Shown: positions 1-9,299 of the stretch, one piece after another | Numbering within the stretch: the first letter of the stretch is position 1 | Layout of the letters: each line of letters opens with the position of its first letter | NCBI GenBank assembly: GCA_018267655.1 | Contig: JAFDYB010000100.1 | Span: forward strand, 7,999-71,998 | DNA from: Bacteroidota bacterium | GTDB lineage: Bacteria > Bacteroidota > Bacteroidia > B-17B0 > Aurantibacillaceae | Reading direction: 5' to 3' | Length of the DNA: 64,000 bases | The notes under the pieces: generated by a model | What the model saw: the letters and a program-made list of their open reading frames with translations, nothing else | What the model was told of the DNA's origin: nothing | Databases searched by the model: none | Made by a program: the position numbers and the translations under genes

Positions 1-166
1 CATTTTATTAAATGTAATTAGATAATTAAGGTTAAAATCAGCCGACAAGATTACAGTTTATTTTACTTTTTTCAAAGTATTTTAAGTGTCGCTTAAATTA
101 GTTTACAATGATTGACTATACCTCTTTTAAAAATTTTCTTCTAAAAAATAATCGGTTTTCTACGTA

Positions 167-186
167 ATACCAAGTGCAAATATATT
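167..186. repeat. 20-nt exact repeat, copy A (ataccaagtgcaaatatatt)
   Basis: Identical to 9096-9115. The reverse complement contains TATATTTG (TAnnTTTG). Confidence 0.6.
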
Positions 187-404
187 GTATCCCAATCTAC
201 TTGTTATTTTTCATGTATACTTTCTCAAAAAATATTTCCGTGGCCATTGCTGCGCAAAGATTTTTTTCGTTATCTAAACAAAAACAACCTAAGTATCTTT
301 AGACTAAAATATATTTGAACTTTTTGTAAATTAAAGGAATGAAGGATTTTTTTTAACCTTAGTGAAACAATGTCTTAGGATTTATAAATTGTCCTTATAA
401 ACAA

Positions 405-1211
405 TTAACTATTGTATGCTTTTAAAACAAGTCTAACGCTCTTATGTTTTTTTAAAAGACTTAGGGCTTCTTTATAGGGAATATTTAGTTGCTTCACAAG
501 CATGTTTGTGCCTCTATCTATTAACTTATTATTTGTTAATTGCATATCAAGCATTTTATTTCCTTTTACACGCCCTAGCTTTATCATAGTTGCTGTAGAT
601 ATCATATTCAATACCATTTTTTGAGCTGTACCACTTTTCATACGGGTGGATCCTGTTACAAACTCGGGACCAACAACTACTTCAATTGGTATTTTTACAT
701 TTTTAGAAATTACAGAGCCTTTATTACAAACAATACATGCTGTTAGTATTTTTGCCTCATTGCATTTTTTTACAGCGCCTAATACATAAGGCGTTGAGCC
801 AGATGCAGCTATACCAATTACACAATCCTTTTTATTTATTTTATGCTTCATCAAATCTTTCCAACCTTGTGTTAAACTGTCCTCGGCAAATTCAACTGCT
901 TTTCTAATCGCTTTATCGCCGCCCGCTATTAACCCAACAACAAGCCCTTGTTTAACTCCAAAAGTTGGGGGGCATTCACTAGCATCAACAATACCCAGTC
1001 GCCCGCTTGTGCCGGCTCCTATATAAAAAAGCCTTCCTCCTTTTTCCATTCGTTTTACCACTTCATTTACAAGGATATTTATTTTTTTTATTTTCTTATT
1101 AACTGCATTTGCTACAGTGCTGTCTTCTTTATTTATTCCTTTTAAAATTTCATTTACACTCATCTTTTCAAGGTGATTATAGTTTGAATCTTTTTCTGTT
1201 ATTTTTATCAT
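405..1211 (-). CDS. murQ: N-acetylmuramic acid 6-phosphate etherase (SIS domain)
   Basis: 268-aa ORF with the SIS/etherase signature RLFYIGAGTSGRLGIVDASECPPTFG and TGSTRMKSGTAQKMVLNMIST, typical of MurQ. Confidence 0.85.
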   Translation of the reverse strand: MIKITEKDSNYNHLEKMSVNEILKGINKEDSTVANAVNKKIKKINILVNEVVKRMEKGGRLFYIGAGTSGRLGIVDASECPPTFGVKQGLVVGLIAGGDKAIRKAVEFAEDSLTQGWKDLMKHKINKKDCVIGIAASGSTPYVLGAVKKCNEAKILTACIVCNKGSVISKNVKIPIEVVVGPEFVTGSTRMKSGTAQKMVLNMISTATMIKLGRVKGNKMLDMQLTNNKLIDRGTNMLVKQLNIPYKEALSLLKKHKSVRLVLKAYNS

Positions 1212-1220
1212 ACTACAAAC

Positions 1221-1257
1221 TAAAATAAAAAAGCCGTTGAGTAAATCAACGGCTTTT
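1221..1257 (-). terminator. Rho-independent terminator after the 1279-4902 gene
   Basis: Perfect 12-bp stem aaaagccgttga / tcaacggctttt (1229-1257) with a 5-nt loop. On the minus strand it is followed by a T-rich run (complement of 1221-1230). Confidence 0.6.
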
Positions 1258-1278
1258 AAAGTTTTTAATATTAAAATG

Positions 1279-4200
1279 TTATTTGGTTATTATTAACTTA
1301 CCTACCCTCTTTATTTCAAGCTGGCTGTTTATCGTTACAAAATAAACCCCTGAAGTTAATTGACTTGCATCAAATGTGTGTACAACCTCTCCTTCGTATA
1401 ATTTTCCTAATTTCTCGGTCAACACTATTCTTCCGTTTATATCCATTACAGAAAGTGTTGCATTTTCGCCTGCACTTGAATTAAACTTAACATTAACAAG
1501 TGATGATGATGGGTTAGGGAAAATAGTTAAGTTATTGTCTTTATTATTTTGTTTTATAGCCTGCTCATTTATACCTACATACGATTGCGCAAAGAAAGCT
1601 TTATTAGTCCACACGCCTAAACCATTAGTTGCTGCATATATCATACCCGAATTATAAGATGCTCCAACATCTAGTTTTTGTTGTTTAATATCAAACACCT
1701 GTACGTTAGGCATTATACTTCCGGCGGTAGAACCATTTGCATTTGAAAAAGGGGTTGAGCTATTTGTTGCGGCTGATATATTATCATTGCCATATATTCC
1801 TTGATCTGTACCAATTAAAATTCTATTAGTATTAGTTGATTTTTCAATCATACTGCAATAAATTTTTCTATTAGGTAGCGACATGCCATAAAACATCACA
1901 TTGCTAGAATCAACCTTTCTTATATCGCCAGATGGATTACTCATGTAAACATTATTTCCAGCGCCATTATTTAATAAAGTTACTACAACAAACGAATCGG
2001 AATTTGAAGTTGCAATACTGGATATTGAAGTAGGGAATTTACCTAAATAAGTTGTTCTGTAAGGACAACGATTATTTATAATATTAGTATATGTAACAGG
2101 CGAACCCGCATATAAAACATCTATACAATTTGTATGAATTTTACCATTATAGTTGGAAGAGCTTGAATCTAATATAGCATCAATGTACGAAACACGGTAT
2201 AATTTATTTTGATCTGTTCCAAAATACAATTCCCTTCCATTATTGCTCCAATGAATAACAGTAGGGCGCTGGCCATTTAATGTTAAGGTATTTGACGTTT
2301 TGTTACCCATATTATCACAAGTAAGTACCGTGCGAGTGTCAACAACTTTAACAAACGATAAGTTATTATTTACATTTAATGGCGCATTGCTCACCAAAAT
2401 ACTGTAAACCGGAGGTACCACAACCGTATTTGACTGTACTGCCATTGCTAACCTTCCTGATAAATATTTTGCAATTTTAATTAACCTATTTTGACCAGAA
2501 GCAAAACTTGAATAGGTTGGTGAATTGCCCCAACTTATTTGACTGCCAATCATAGGTGTAGATGTTGGTGTTAATGCGGCAGTATAAGTGATAGAACTTC
2601 CGGAAATGGTATTATCTTTTAATTTTATAGAGTCACCATAATTGTACTTATAAAATACAGTACAAAACACTCTGTAATAAGGTGAAGGATCCACAATTTG
2701 TGGCGATCCGGCGTAAGTGCTGCTTTTAGTGGCGAAAGGTGGTGCTGTAAATGTAACCGTTATTTGATCAACACCCGAAGTTGAATTAAAAATAATTTGA
2801 TTATTAGTTGCAACACTTGTGCCGCAAGCTGCACCACTATTATTAACTGTAAACGTAGGCGCTGTAAAAACAGGAGCAGACAAGCTAGGCATTGTTCCTG
2901 TATTTAAAGTATAAGTGCCGCTAGCAGGCATTGTAAATGTAGAAGGAACATCTAAATAGAACTGAGTTTTATCGCCTGATTGCCCCCAATAGCTAGGGTT
3001 GTTTAAAGTAGAGGGATCTGTAGCAATAGCTCCTGTACCTGTTCTAATAGCAATATGATCTATTTGGGCACCTGGTTGAGGCCTTGCAACTGCAAAATTA
3101 AATTGTGTTGAAGTAGTTAAAGTAGGTACATCATGAAACGCAAATGCTACTTGTACTGAATCATTATAAAAAACTATTGAGTCAGGGCTTGCCGTAACCT
3201 GCCCATAATTTTCCCAAAGCTTAATTGGTGAGCCTGTTACATTGTAGCCGCTATTATTTAAAGGGTTTGCATTTAAAATATTTGTTCCGGGAGGTGTATA
3301 ATTAACTAAAACTGTTTGCTGAGGCTGGTTACCCGAATAATCACTAATTTTATAAATTGTACCTGCATCACTTGAAAAATAAGCAAAATTAGGTATAATT
3401 TTAGAGGCCTGGCAAGCGTACACATTTCCCCCTAAAAAGTTGTTTTCTTTTAACACTAAGGGATACTGGCCTGTATAATATGTTAAGCCATTACCTGTTG
3501 TGCCACCTACGAAGCCCATATTTGGTATTATGCTATTGCTTGAAAGGGTGAAGTTTGGCTTTGCCTGGGGTGCAACTGAGTTAAATTGACCGGTAACCAT
3601 TCCTTTATAAAAGGGTTGAAAAGAAGCTAAATTATCACTTGATTTATAAATACCCGCATCTGTTGAAAAGTAATAAGCCGCTATGCTTCCTCCACTGGTT
3701 TGAAATGCAATGTTATGCACATTTTCTTTTAAGTAATAAGGTGTGTTATAATAGTAATTGTATCCTAATTTTGTCCAAGTGCCAACAGGTCCTTGGCTTG
3801 AGCTACCGGTTTTAACCCAAGTGTAAAATTGATAGCTACCTATATATATTTTATCTGAATTAAATGGGTCAACTATGATAGAATGAGCGTAATCTCCAGA
3901 AGCCACAGTTCCCCCATTTGAAAGCGGATCGACTTGAGATGAACCGGCAGCTATAAATTGCCAATTTGCTGATGAGCTCGAGCAATTTATTGAAGTAGCA
4001 TTATAGCATACGAACAAACCCATTAAAGTAGAAGAATTTGGAAGACTGTTTCCTGCAAATTTTTTAGAGCAAGACGCATAAATAACGTCATTATTTGACG
4101 GCGAAATAGCTAATTCAATACGCCCATAATTTGAAAATGGAATAGATAAGGTAGTAGGCGTAATATCATTTGCGCTTGCGTAGGTTGAATTATCGCATGA

Positions 4201-4902
4201 TTTAAATACTTTTGAGGAAACTTGATTATAATTAATTGGCGAAATAGGATAACCATTTTCATTACCAACACTGCAATACAAGTAACCTGCATTATCAAAC
4301 TTAACATCTATACCATAACACACATTTGTTGTTGTAGTATTTACGCTCGATGACATTGTATTCATTTGAGTAAATGAAGCTCCGCCATTAGTAGATACCA
4401 AAACGCCTAAATTTGTAGCCATTGCAATAATTTGCGCATTAGACGGATGGCAAGCAATTCTATTAATAACTGCCCCTACAAGAGAGCTATCAATAATTTT
4501 TGTAAAGGTACCTGCACTATACTTATACAAACCTGTTCCTCTTAAAGCAGAAGCCTTTGGACCCGGTCTCAAAAAGCCTTCACCGGTTGCTACTAAAATA
4601 TTTTTATTGGCGTCTTGAGCAATGTAGCTTATGTTTGATGGTGTAAATGAAACACTTGACCAAAGCACTCCACCATTGGTTGATACAAATAGCCCACTAG
4701 TAGCACTGCCGCTATAAAGAGTTTGCCCCGTTGGATCAGATGCATCTATAATGGTATTTCTAAACCTTCCTGTTGAATATACAGGCCCTGACTGAGTCCA
4801 TGAGTAACTTGATATTGTTTGTGAAAAAACAAATTCGGATGTAAATACCGCTGCAGCTATTGCTACTGTTTTAATTAGTTTTGCTGATAAACTTTTCATC
4901 AT
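1279..4902 (-). CDS. Large secreted Asp-box/BNR-like beta-propeller protein with type A T9SS C-terminal sorting domain
   Basis: 1207 aa with a signal peptide ending FVFSQ. Repeated Asp-box-like motifs (STNGGVLWS, STNGGASFT, STDAGIYKS, SSDAGTIYK). The last ~80 aa (IFPNPSSSLVNVKF...GVYFVTINS...GKLIITK) fit the Por secretion tail pattern. Confidence 0.7.
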   Translation of the reverse strand: MMKSLSAKLIKTVAIAAAVFTSEFVFSQTISSYSWTQSGPVYSTGRFRNTIIDASDPTGQTLYSGSATSGLFVSTNGGVLWSSVSFTPSNISYIAQDANKNILVATGEGFLRPGPKASALRGTGLYKYSAGTFTKIIDSSLVGAVINRIACHPSNAQIIAMATNLGVLVSTNGGASFTQMNTMSSSVNTTTTNVCYGIDVKFDNAGYLYCSVGNENGYPISPINYNQVSSKVFKSCDNSTYASANDITPTTLSIPFSNYGRIELAISPSNNDVIYASCSKKFAGNSLPNSSTLMGLFVCYNATSINCSSSSANWQFIAAGSSQVDPLSNGGTVASGDYAHSIIVDPFNSDKIYIGSYQFYTWVKTGSSSQGPVGTWTKLGYNYYYNTPYYLKENVHNIAFQTSGGSIAAYYFSTDAGIYKSSDNLASFQPFYKGMVTGQFNSVAPQAKPNFTLSSNSIIPNMGFVGGTTGNGLTYYTGQYPLVLKENNFLGGNVYACQASKIIPNFAYFSSDAGTIYKISDYSGNQPQQTVLVNYTPPGTNILNANPLNNSGYNVTGSPIKLWENYGQVTASPDSIVFYNDSVQVAFAFHDVPTLTTSTQFNFAVARPQPGAQIDHIAIRTGTGAIATDPSTLNNPSYWGQSGDKTQFYLDVPSTFTMPASGTYTLNTGTMPSLSAPVFTAPTFTVNNSGAACGTSVATNNQIIFNSTSGVDQITVTFTAPPFATKSSTYAGSPQIVDPSPYYRVFCTVFYKYNYGDSIKLKDNTISGSSITYTAALTPTSTPMIGSQISWGNSPTYSSFASGQNRLIKIAKYLSGRLAMAVQSNTVVVPPVYSILVSNAPLNVNNNLSFVKVVDTRTVLTCDNMGNKTSNTLTLNGQRPTVIHWSNNGRELYFGTDQNKLYRVSYIDAILDSSSSNYNGKIHTNCIDVLYAGSPVTYTNIINNRCPYRTTYLGKFPTSISSIATSNSDSFVVVTLLNNGAGNNVYMSNPSGDIRKVDSSNVMFYGMSLPNRKIYCSMIEKSTNTNRILIGTDQGIYGNDNISAATNSSTPFSNANGSTAGSIMPNVQVFDIKQQKLDVGASYNSGMIYAATNGLGVWTNKAFFAQSYVGINEQAIKQNNKDNNLTIFPNPSSSLVNVKFNSSAGENATLSVMDINGRIVLTEKLGKLYEGEVVHTFDASQLTSGVYFVTINSQLEIKRVGKLIITK

Positions 4903-5066
4903 ATCTTAAAAGATGCTAAAAATGTTAATTTAATTTAACAAAATTGATTAATTTTATTTAAAAAACAAAATTAACTTTTACAATTATTGTACTTTTTTTT
5001 AAAACTGGTTGTTTTTTGCCCAAAATTGGCATTTAACAAATTACTGCGTTTGCAAATTGTCAATTG

Positions 5067-5486
5067 TTAAAATTGCTCTAATTTCGAGAAAAAGAAAGAA
5101 GATTCTATGCTTGCGTTTTCATCACTATCGCTACCATGCACTGCATTTGCAGCAATACTTTTGGCAAACATTTTTCTTATTGTTCCCTCTTCGGCTTTGC
5201 TTGGATCAGTTGCGCCAATTAATTTTCTAAAATCACTTACGGCGTTATTTTTTTCTAAAATTGCTGCTACTATTGGGCCGCTGCTCATGTATTGCGTTAA
5301 TTCACCATAAAATGGGCGTTCTTTATGAACTTCATAAAACATTCCTGCTTGTTCCCTGCTTAAACGAAGGTATTTCATCGCTTTAATTTTGAAACCGGCT
5401 TTATTAATCATTGCTAATATGGGGCCAATGTTGTTTGCCTCTACCGCATCGGGCTTAAGCATTGTAAAAGTAATATTTCCTGACAT
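5067..5486 (-). CDS. ndk: Nucleoside diphosphate kinase
   Basis: [12 protein letters not shown]...GATDP...IRKMFA...NAVHGSD motifs. I prefer the internal ATG at 5486 (MSGNITF) over the ORF-track start at 5513. Confidence 0.9.
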   Translation of the reverse strand: MSGNITFTMLKPDAVEANNIGPILAMINKAGFKIKAMKYLRLSREQAGMFYEVHKERPFYGELTQYMSSGPIVAAILEKNNAVSDFRKLIGATDPSKAEEGTIRKMFAKSIAANAVHGSDSDENASIESSFFFSKLEQF

Positions 5487-5498
5487 TTTTAAAATTTT

Positions 5499-5509
5499 GG
5501 GCAAAAATA
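5499..5509 (-). promoter_or_regulatory. Bacteroidota-type -7 box TATTTTTG followed by CCC, upstream of ndk
   Basis: Minus-strand sequence reads TATTTTTGCCCAAAATTTTAAAAATG. It matches the TAnnTTTG consensus, and the ndk ATG lies 16 nt after the box. Confidence 0.5.
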
Positions 5510-5587
5510 ACAATTTATCTAAATAATTTTAATTTTTAAATTCTATTTCATACCTTTATCTAAATTAAATTTGACTATTTTTTAAAT

Positions 5588-6406
5588 ATGAAGAAAATTC
5601 TATCTTTTACCGTTGCTACCGTTGCGGTATTTTTATCGCTAAATCTTGTTTCGCAAACTACTTGCAGTATAAATCCAACATTTAATAAAGCAGGTATTTT
5701 TCCTGATAGCGCTACAAATTTTTTAAGCGGAACTGTTGGCGTTCCTTATTTTCAAAACATTACTGTTAAAATTGGGAAAGATACCTCGGCAGGCCCACTA
5801 ACATTTTGCTTTACACGTTTTGAATTAAGCAACCCCGGTACTTATACGAATTTTAATTTACCTCCCGGTCTTTCACTCACTGCCGGTCCAACAATGACAA
5901 CAAGCGGCTCGTTAATAAAAATACCGGCACAAGCTGCTAGTTGTGCCTATATTTCGGGTACTCCTACAACTGCCGGAACTTATACTTTGCAATTACAAGT
6001 AAAAGCCTTTGGTTCACCTTTATTAAGTGGTAGTTGTGCTACACCTCCAAATTACAACGGCGGCACGGCTATAAATACCTCTACATTGTCGTATTACATC
6101 ATACAAATAAACCCCGTTACATCTGGTATTAATGAAGTTATAAATGAAAGCGCATTAAATTTAACTTCAAAACCTAACCCGTTTAATACAGAGGCTAAAA
6201 TATTGTTTAATGTAAATGATGAGTTAAGTGCCAGCATTAAAATAAAAAATATGCTCGGTCAAACTATTGACGAAAAACAAATTAAAACTAAAGTTGGTCA
6301 AAATATTGTTGAATTTGACAGCAATAATTGGAAAGAAGGTATTTATTTGTACACTGTTAGCTACAAAGGACACAGCATCACAAAAAAAATGATTAAAACA
6401 CTTTAG
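5588..6406 (+). CDS. Secreted protein with type A T9SS C-terminal sorting domain
   Basis: 272 aa with a signal peptide ending LNLVSQ. The C-terminal ~80 aa (KPNPFNTEAKILFNV...GIYLYTVSY...KKMIKTL) fit the Por secretion tail. The N-terminal part has no recognisable family. Confidence 0.6.
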   Translation: MKKILSFTVATVAVFLSLNLVSQTTCSINPTFNKAGIFPDSATNFLSGTVGVPYFQNITVKIGKDTSAGPLTFCFTRFELSNPGTYTNFNLPPGLSLTAGPTMTTSGSLIKIPAQAASCAYISGTPTTAGTYTLQLQVKAFGSPLLSGSCATPPNYNGGTAINTSTLSYYIIQINPVTSGINEVINESALNLTSKPNPFNTEAKILFNVNDELSASIKIKNMLGQTIDEKQIKTKVGQNIVEFDSNNWKEGIYLYTVSYKGHSITKKMIKTL

Positions 6407-6409
6407 TTT

Positions 6410-7324
6410 TTGCAACCTTTCGACCTTTTAATTTTAGGATCTTCTAGTGCTAGTCCTACTTCTACCAGAAATCAAACCGCTCAATTACTTAATATTTCAG
6501 GGCGCCTGTTTTTAGTTGATTGTGGCGAAGCTACTCAAATTCAAATTAGAAAGTATAAAGCAAAATTTCAATCTATTAATCACATATTAATTTCACATTT
6601 ACACGGCGATCACTTTTTTGGGCTGCCAGGTTTATTAAGCAGCATGCACCTATTGGGGAGAAAAAGAGAGTTAAATGTATACTGCCCTCCCAAATTAAAA
6701 GAATTAGTTGAAACTATTAATCTTATTTCTGAAACTCAGTTAAATTATACTATAAATTGGCACACAACAAGTGATAAAGGCATTAACTTACTTTTTGAAG
6801 ATGAAAAGGTTGAAGTTTATTCATTTCCGTTAAAACATCGTATTTTTTGTACCGGTTTTTTATTTAAAGAAAAAGCAAAGCCTCGAAAAATAATTAAAGA
6901 AAAACTTTCTAAATACAATGTTTCAATTGCCGAAATTCAAAAATTAAAAAATGGCTTTGATGTTGAAAATATCGACGGAAAAATTATCAAAAACTCATTA
7001 ATAACCGATAATCCAACACCTGAAAAATCTTATGCTTATTGTAGCGATACACTTTACCACGAATCGCTTATTCAATATATAAAAAACTGTACCCTTTTGT
7101 ATCATGAAAGCACTTTTTTAAATGACAAAGCAGACAGGGCAAAAAAAACCATGCATAGCACAGCCAAACAAGCTGCTACAATTGCTAAACTAAGCAATGT
7201 CGGGAAATTATTAATAGGTCATTTTTCAGCAAGGTATAGTGATTTAGATGATTTTATAAAAGAAGCCACATTAATTTTTTCCAATACAGAACTGGCAATA
7301 GAAGGTAAATTAACTAAAATATAA
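6410..7324 (+). CDS. rnz: Ribonuclease Z (metallo-beta-lactamase fold)
   Basis: 304 aa with a TTG start. Contains LLILGSSSASPTSTRNQTAQLL and the HLHGDHFFGLPGLL motif typical of RNase Z. Confidence 0.85.
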   Translation: MQPFDLLILGSSSASPTSTRNQTAQLLNISGRLFLVDCGEATQIQIRKYKAKFQSINHILISHLHGDHFFGLPGLLSSMHLLGRKRELNVYCPPKLKELVETINLISETQLNYTINWHTTSDKGINLLFEDEKVEVYSFPLKHRIFCTGFLFKEKAKPRKIIKEKLSKYNVSIAEIQKLKNGFDVENIDGKIIKNSLITDNPTPEKSYAYCSDTLYHESLIQYIKNCTLLYHESTFLNDKADRAKKTMHSTAKQAATIAKLSNVGKLLIGHFSARYSDLDDFIKEATLIFSNTELAIEGKLTKI

Positions 7325-7342
7325 CCTAAATAAATATTATTT

Positions 7343-7350
7343 GTACCTTT
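7343..7350 (+). promoter_or_regulatory. Candidate -7 box TACCTTTG
   Basis: Matches TAnnTTTG and ends 10 nt before the ATG at 7361. No clear -33 TTG was seen. Confidence 0.35.
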
Positions 7351-7360
7351 GCATACTAAA

Positions 7361-8032
7361 ATGGTTAAAGTATTAATTGCAGATAAAAATTTTCTTTCGC
7401 GCACAGGGCTAGAGTTGCTAGTTGGCGAATTAAAAGGCTTTGAATTAGTGCCTAGTATTTGCGGAGATATAAAGGCTTTAAAGCAACAATTAAAACTATC
7501 ACGTCCTGAATTATTAATAGTTGATTTTGTTTCGCTTGGTATTAGTGTAAATGAATTGCCAAAATTAATTTTGCAATATAATAAAACACGTTTTTTAGCC
7601 ATAAGCGAACTTTTGCCAAAAGATGAGTTAAGCGCAGTATTAGCGTCTGGCACTACATCATATTTATTAAAAGAGTGCGATAAGTCAGAAATATTAGAAG
7701 CTATAAACTCAACTATTAAAAATCAAAAATTTATTTGTGGTAAAATAGCTTCTGTACTTACAACCGAAGCTGAAGTTAATATCAACAATACTTTTATAAA
7801 ACAATTAAATTGTGTGGGTATTAACGTTACACAGCGAGAAATTGACATTATACGGTGTATAGCCGAAGGCTTAAGCAATAAAATGATTGCTGAAAAATTA
7901 TTATTAAGTAATCACACCGTTAACACACATCGAAAAAATATCATGGCAAAATTGGGTGTAAATAACACCGCCGGAATTGTTATGTTTGCTGTAAAAAATC
8001 ATTTACTTGAAACAAACTTTAATTTATTTTAA
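7361..8032 (+). CDS. LuxR/NarL-type response regulator with an atypical receiver domain
   Basis: C-terminal HTH: REIDIIRCIAEGLSNKMIAEKLLLSNHTVNTHRKNIMAKLGV. N-terminal receiver-like domain: VKVLIADKNF...LLIVDF...YLLK. The ATG at 7361 is preferred to the TTG at 7349. Confidence 0.75.
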   Translation: MVKVLIADKNFLSRTGLELLVGELKGFELVPSICGDIKALKQQLKLSRPELLIVDFVSLGISVNELPKLILQYNKTRFLAISELLPKDELSAVLASGTTSYLLKECDKSEILEAINSTIKNQKFICGKIASVLTTEAEVNINNTFIKQLNCVGINVTQREIDIIRCIAEGLSNKMIAEKLLLSNHTVNTHRKNIMAKLGVNNTAGIVMFAVKNHLLETNFNLF

Positions 8033-8058
8033 CTCCAAAAAGCAGTAATTTAGAACTG

Positions 8059-8913
8059 TTGAAACTAAAAGTTATATATTTTATATTATTTTTTTTAGTG
8101 ATTTCTTGCGAGAATAATAACAAAAAGCAAGAAAACAATAACAAAACTGCCTTAGCAATCATTAATAGTGACGTATATACGCAAAGCGATTTTAACGAAT
8201 TTATTATTGGTAATATGGTACTAAAAGATACTCAAAAAGTAAAAAATATGCTTATTGAAAAATGGGCGCAAAATCAATTATTATATAACGAAGCCATTGA
8301 AAAATTAAAAGATGAGGAAATTGATATTGAAAAAAAAGTAGAAAGCTATAAACGCGACTTAATAATACAAGAGTACATTCAAAAATTAATTGAAGCGAAC
8401 TTAGACACCAATGTATCAAAACAGGAAATAGAAAACTATTACAGCACAAATAGTAATAACTTTATTTTAATGGATAATATAGTAAAAGTGAATTACTACA
8501 AAATCCCGTTAAAAGTTAGCCAACTTGAAAAAATAAAAAAATTAATTCATTCGCAAAACTCAAAAGATTTTGAGCAATTAAAAACTATGAGCAGCCAATA
8601 TGCCGAAAGCTTTTTTGCGAATGACAGTACTTGGCTTTACCTCGAAAATATTAAAAAAGAAATTCCAAAATTAGCAGAGCAGCCCGACATAAGTTTTACA
8701 AACGGAAAAATTTTTGAATTTTCTGATGACTTGTATTATTACTATTTAAAGATTAAAGATGAGAAAATAAAAAATTCAATTTCGCCAATGAATTTACAAA
8801 CACAAAACATAAAAAATTTTATCATCAACGAACGAAAGGTACAACTCATTTCTCAATACAAACAGCAGCTTTACCAAAATAGTTTAAAACAAAAAACACT
8901 TATATTAAAATAA
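8059..8913 (+). CDS. Lipoprotein, possibly a SurA-N/PpiD-like chaperone
   Basis: 284 aa with a TTG start and lipobox FFLVISC. Helical and K/E/Q-rich, with no rotamase motif seen. Assignment is weak. Confidence 0.4.
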   Translation: MKLKVIYFILFFLVISCENNNKKQENNNKTALAIINSDVYTQSDFNEFIIGNMVLKDTQKVKNMLIEKWAQNQLLYNEAIEKLKDEEIDIEKKVESYKRDLIIQEYIQKLIEANLDTNVSKQEIENYYSTNSNNFILMDNIVKVNYYKIPLKVSQLEKIKKLIHSQNSKDFEQLKTMSSQYAESFFANDSTWLYLENIKKEIPKLAEQPDISFTNGKIFEFSDDLYYYYLKIKDEKIKNSISPMNLQTQNIKNFIINERKVQLISQYKQQLYQNSLKQKTLILK

Positions 8914-9095
8914 AAAACTGCTTTGAAATTCCATCTGGTTTTCCACACACTTCGCATCGCTCGAACGAATATGTTTAATTGCCAATTTGTAATTTGCCAT
9001 TTTAAAAAAAATTATAAAAGTGGGGGCAAATATACGCTTTTTATCAGGGTTTAAAAGAGAAAACCAGATACATTTTTTTGCTCAATCTGCCTTTT

Positions 9096-9115
9096 ATACC
9101 AAGTGCAAATATATT
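9096..9115. repeat. 20-nt exact repeat, copy B (ataccaagtgcaaatatatt)
   Basis: Identical to 167-186. Both copies lie in intergenic DNA. Confidence 0.6.
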
Positions 9116-9299
9116 TTAGACCTACACGTTTATCGCAATGGAGACTCAGTAAATAATTTATAAAAGATTAATGATCTATTTAAATAATCACTTTTGTATA
9201 ACTTCATCTGTTGTTCAAATATAGCTGGTTAAAGTTAAAATTAATTTCGGTTGCTTAATCGTTTGTTTATATGATCTGTCTATAATTAAATACAAATAT

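Noticed and set aside
1-3. cat at the window edge, possibly the ATG of a minus-strand gene running leftward
   Set aside because: Only one codon is visible, so it cannot be supported.
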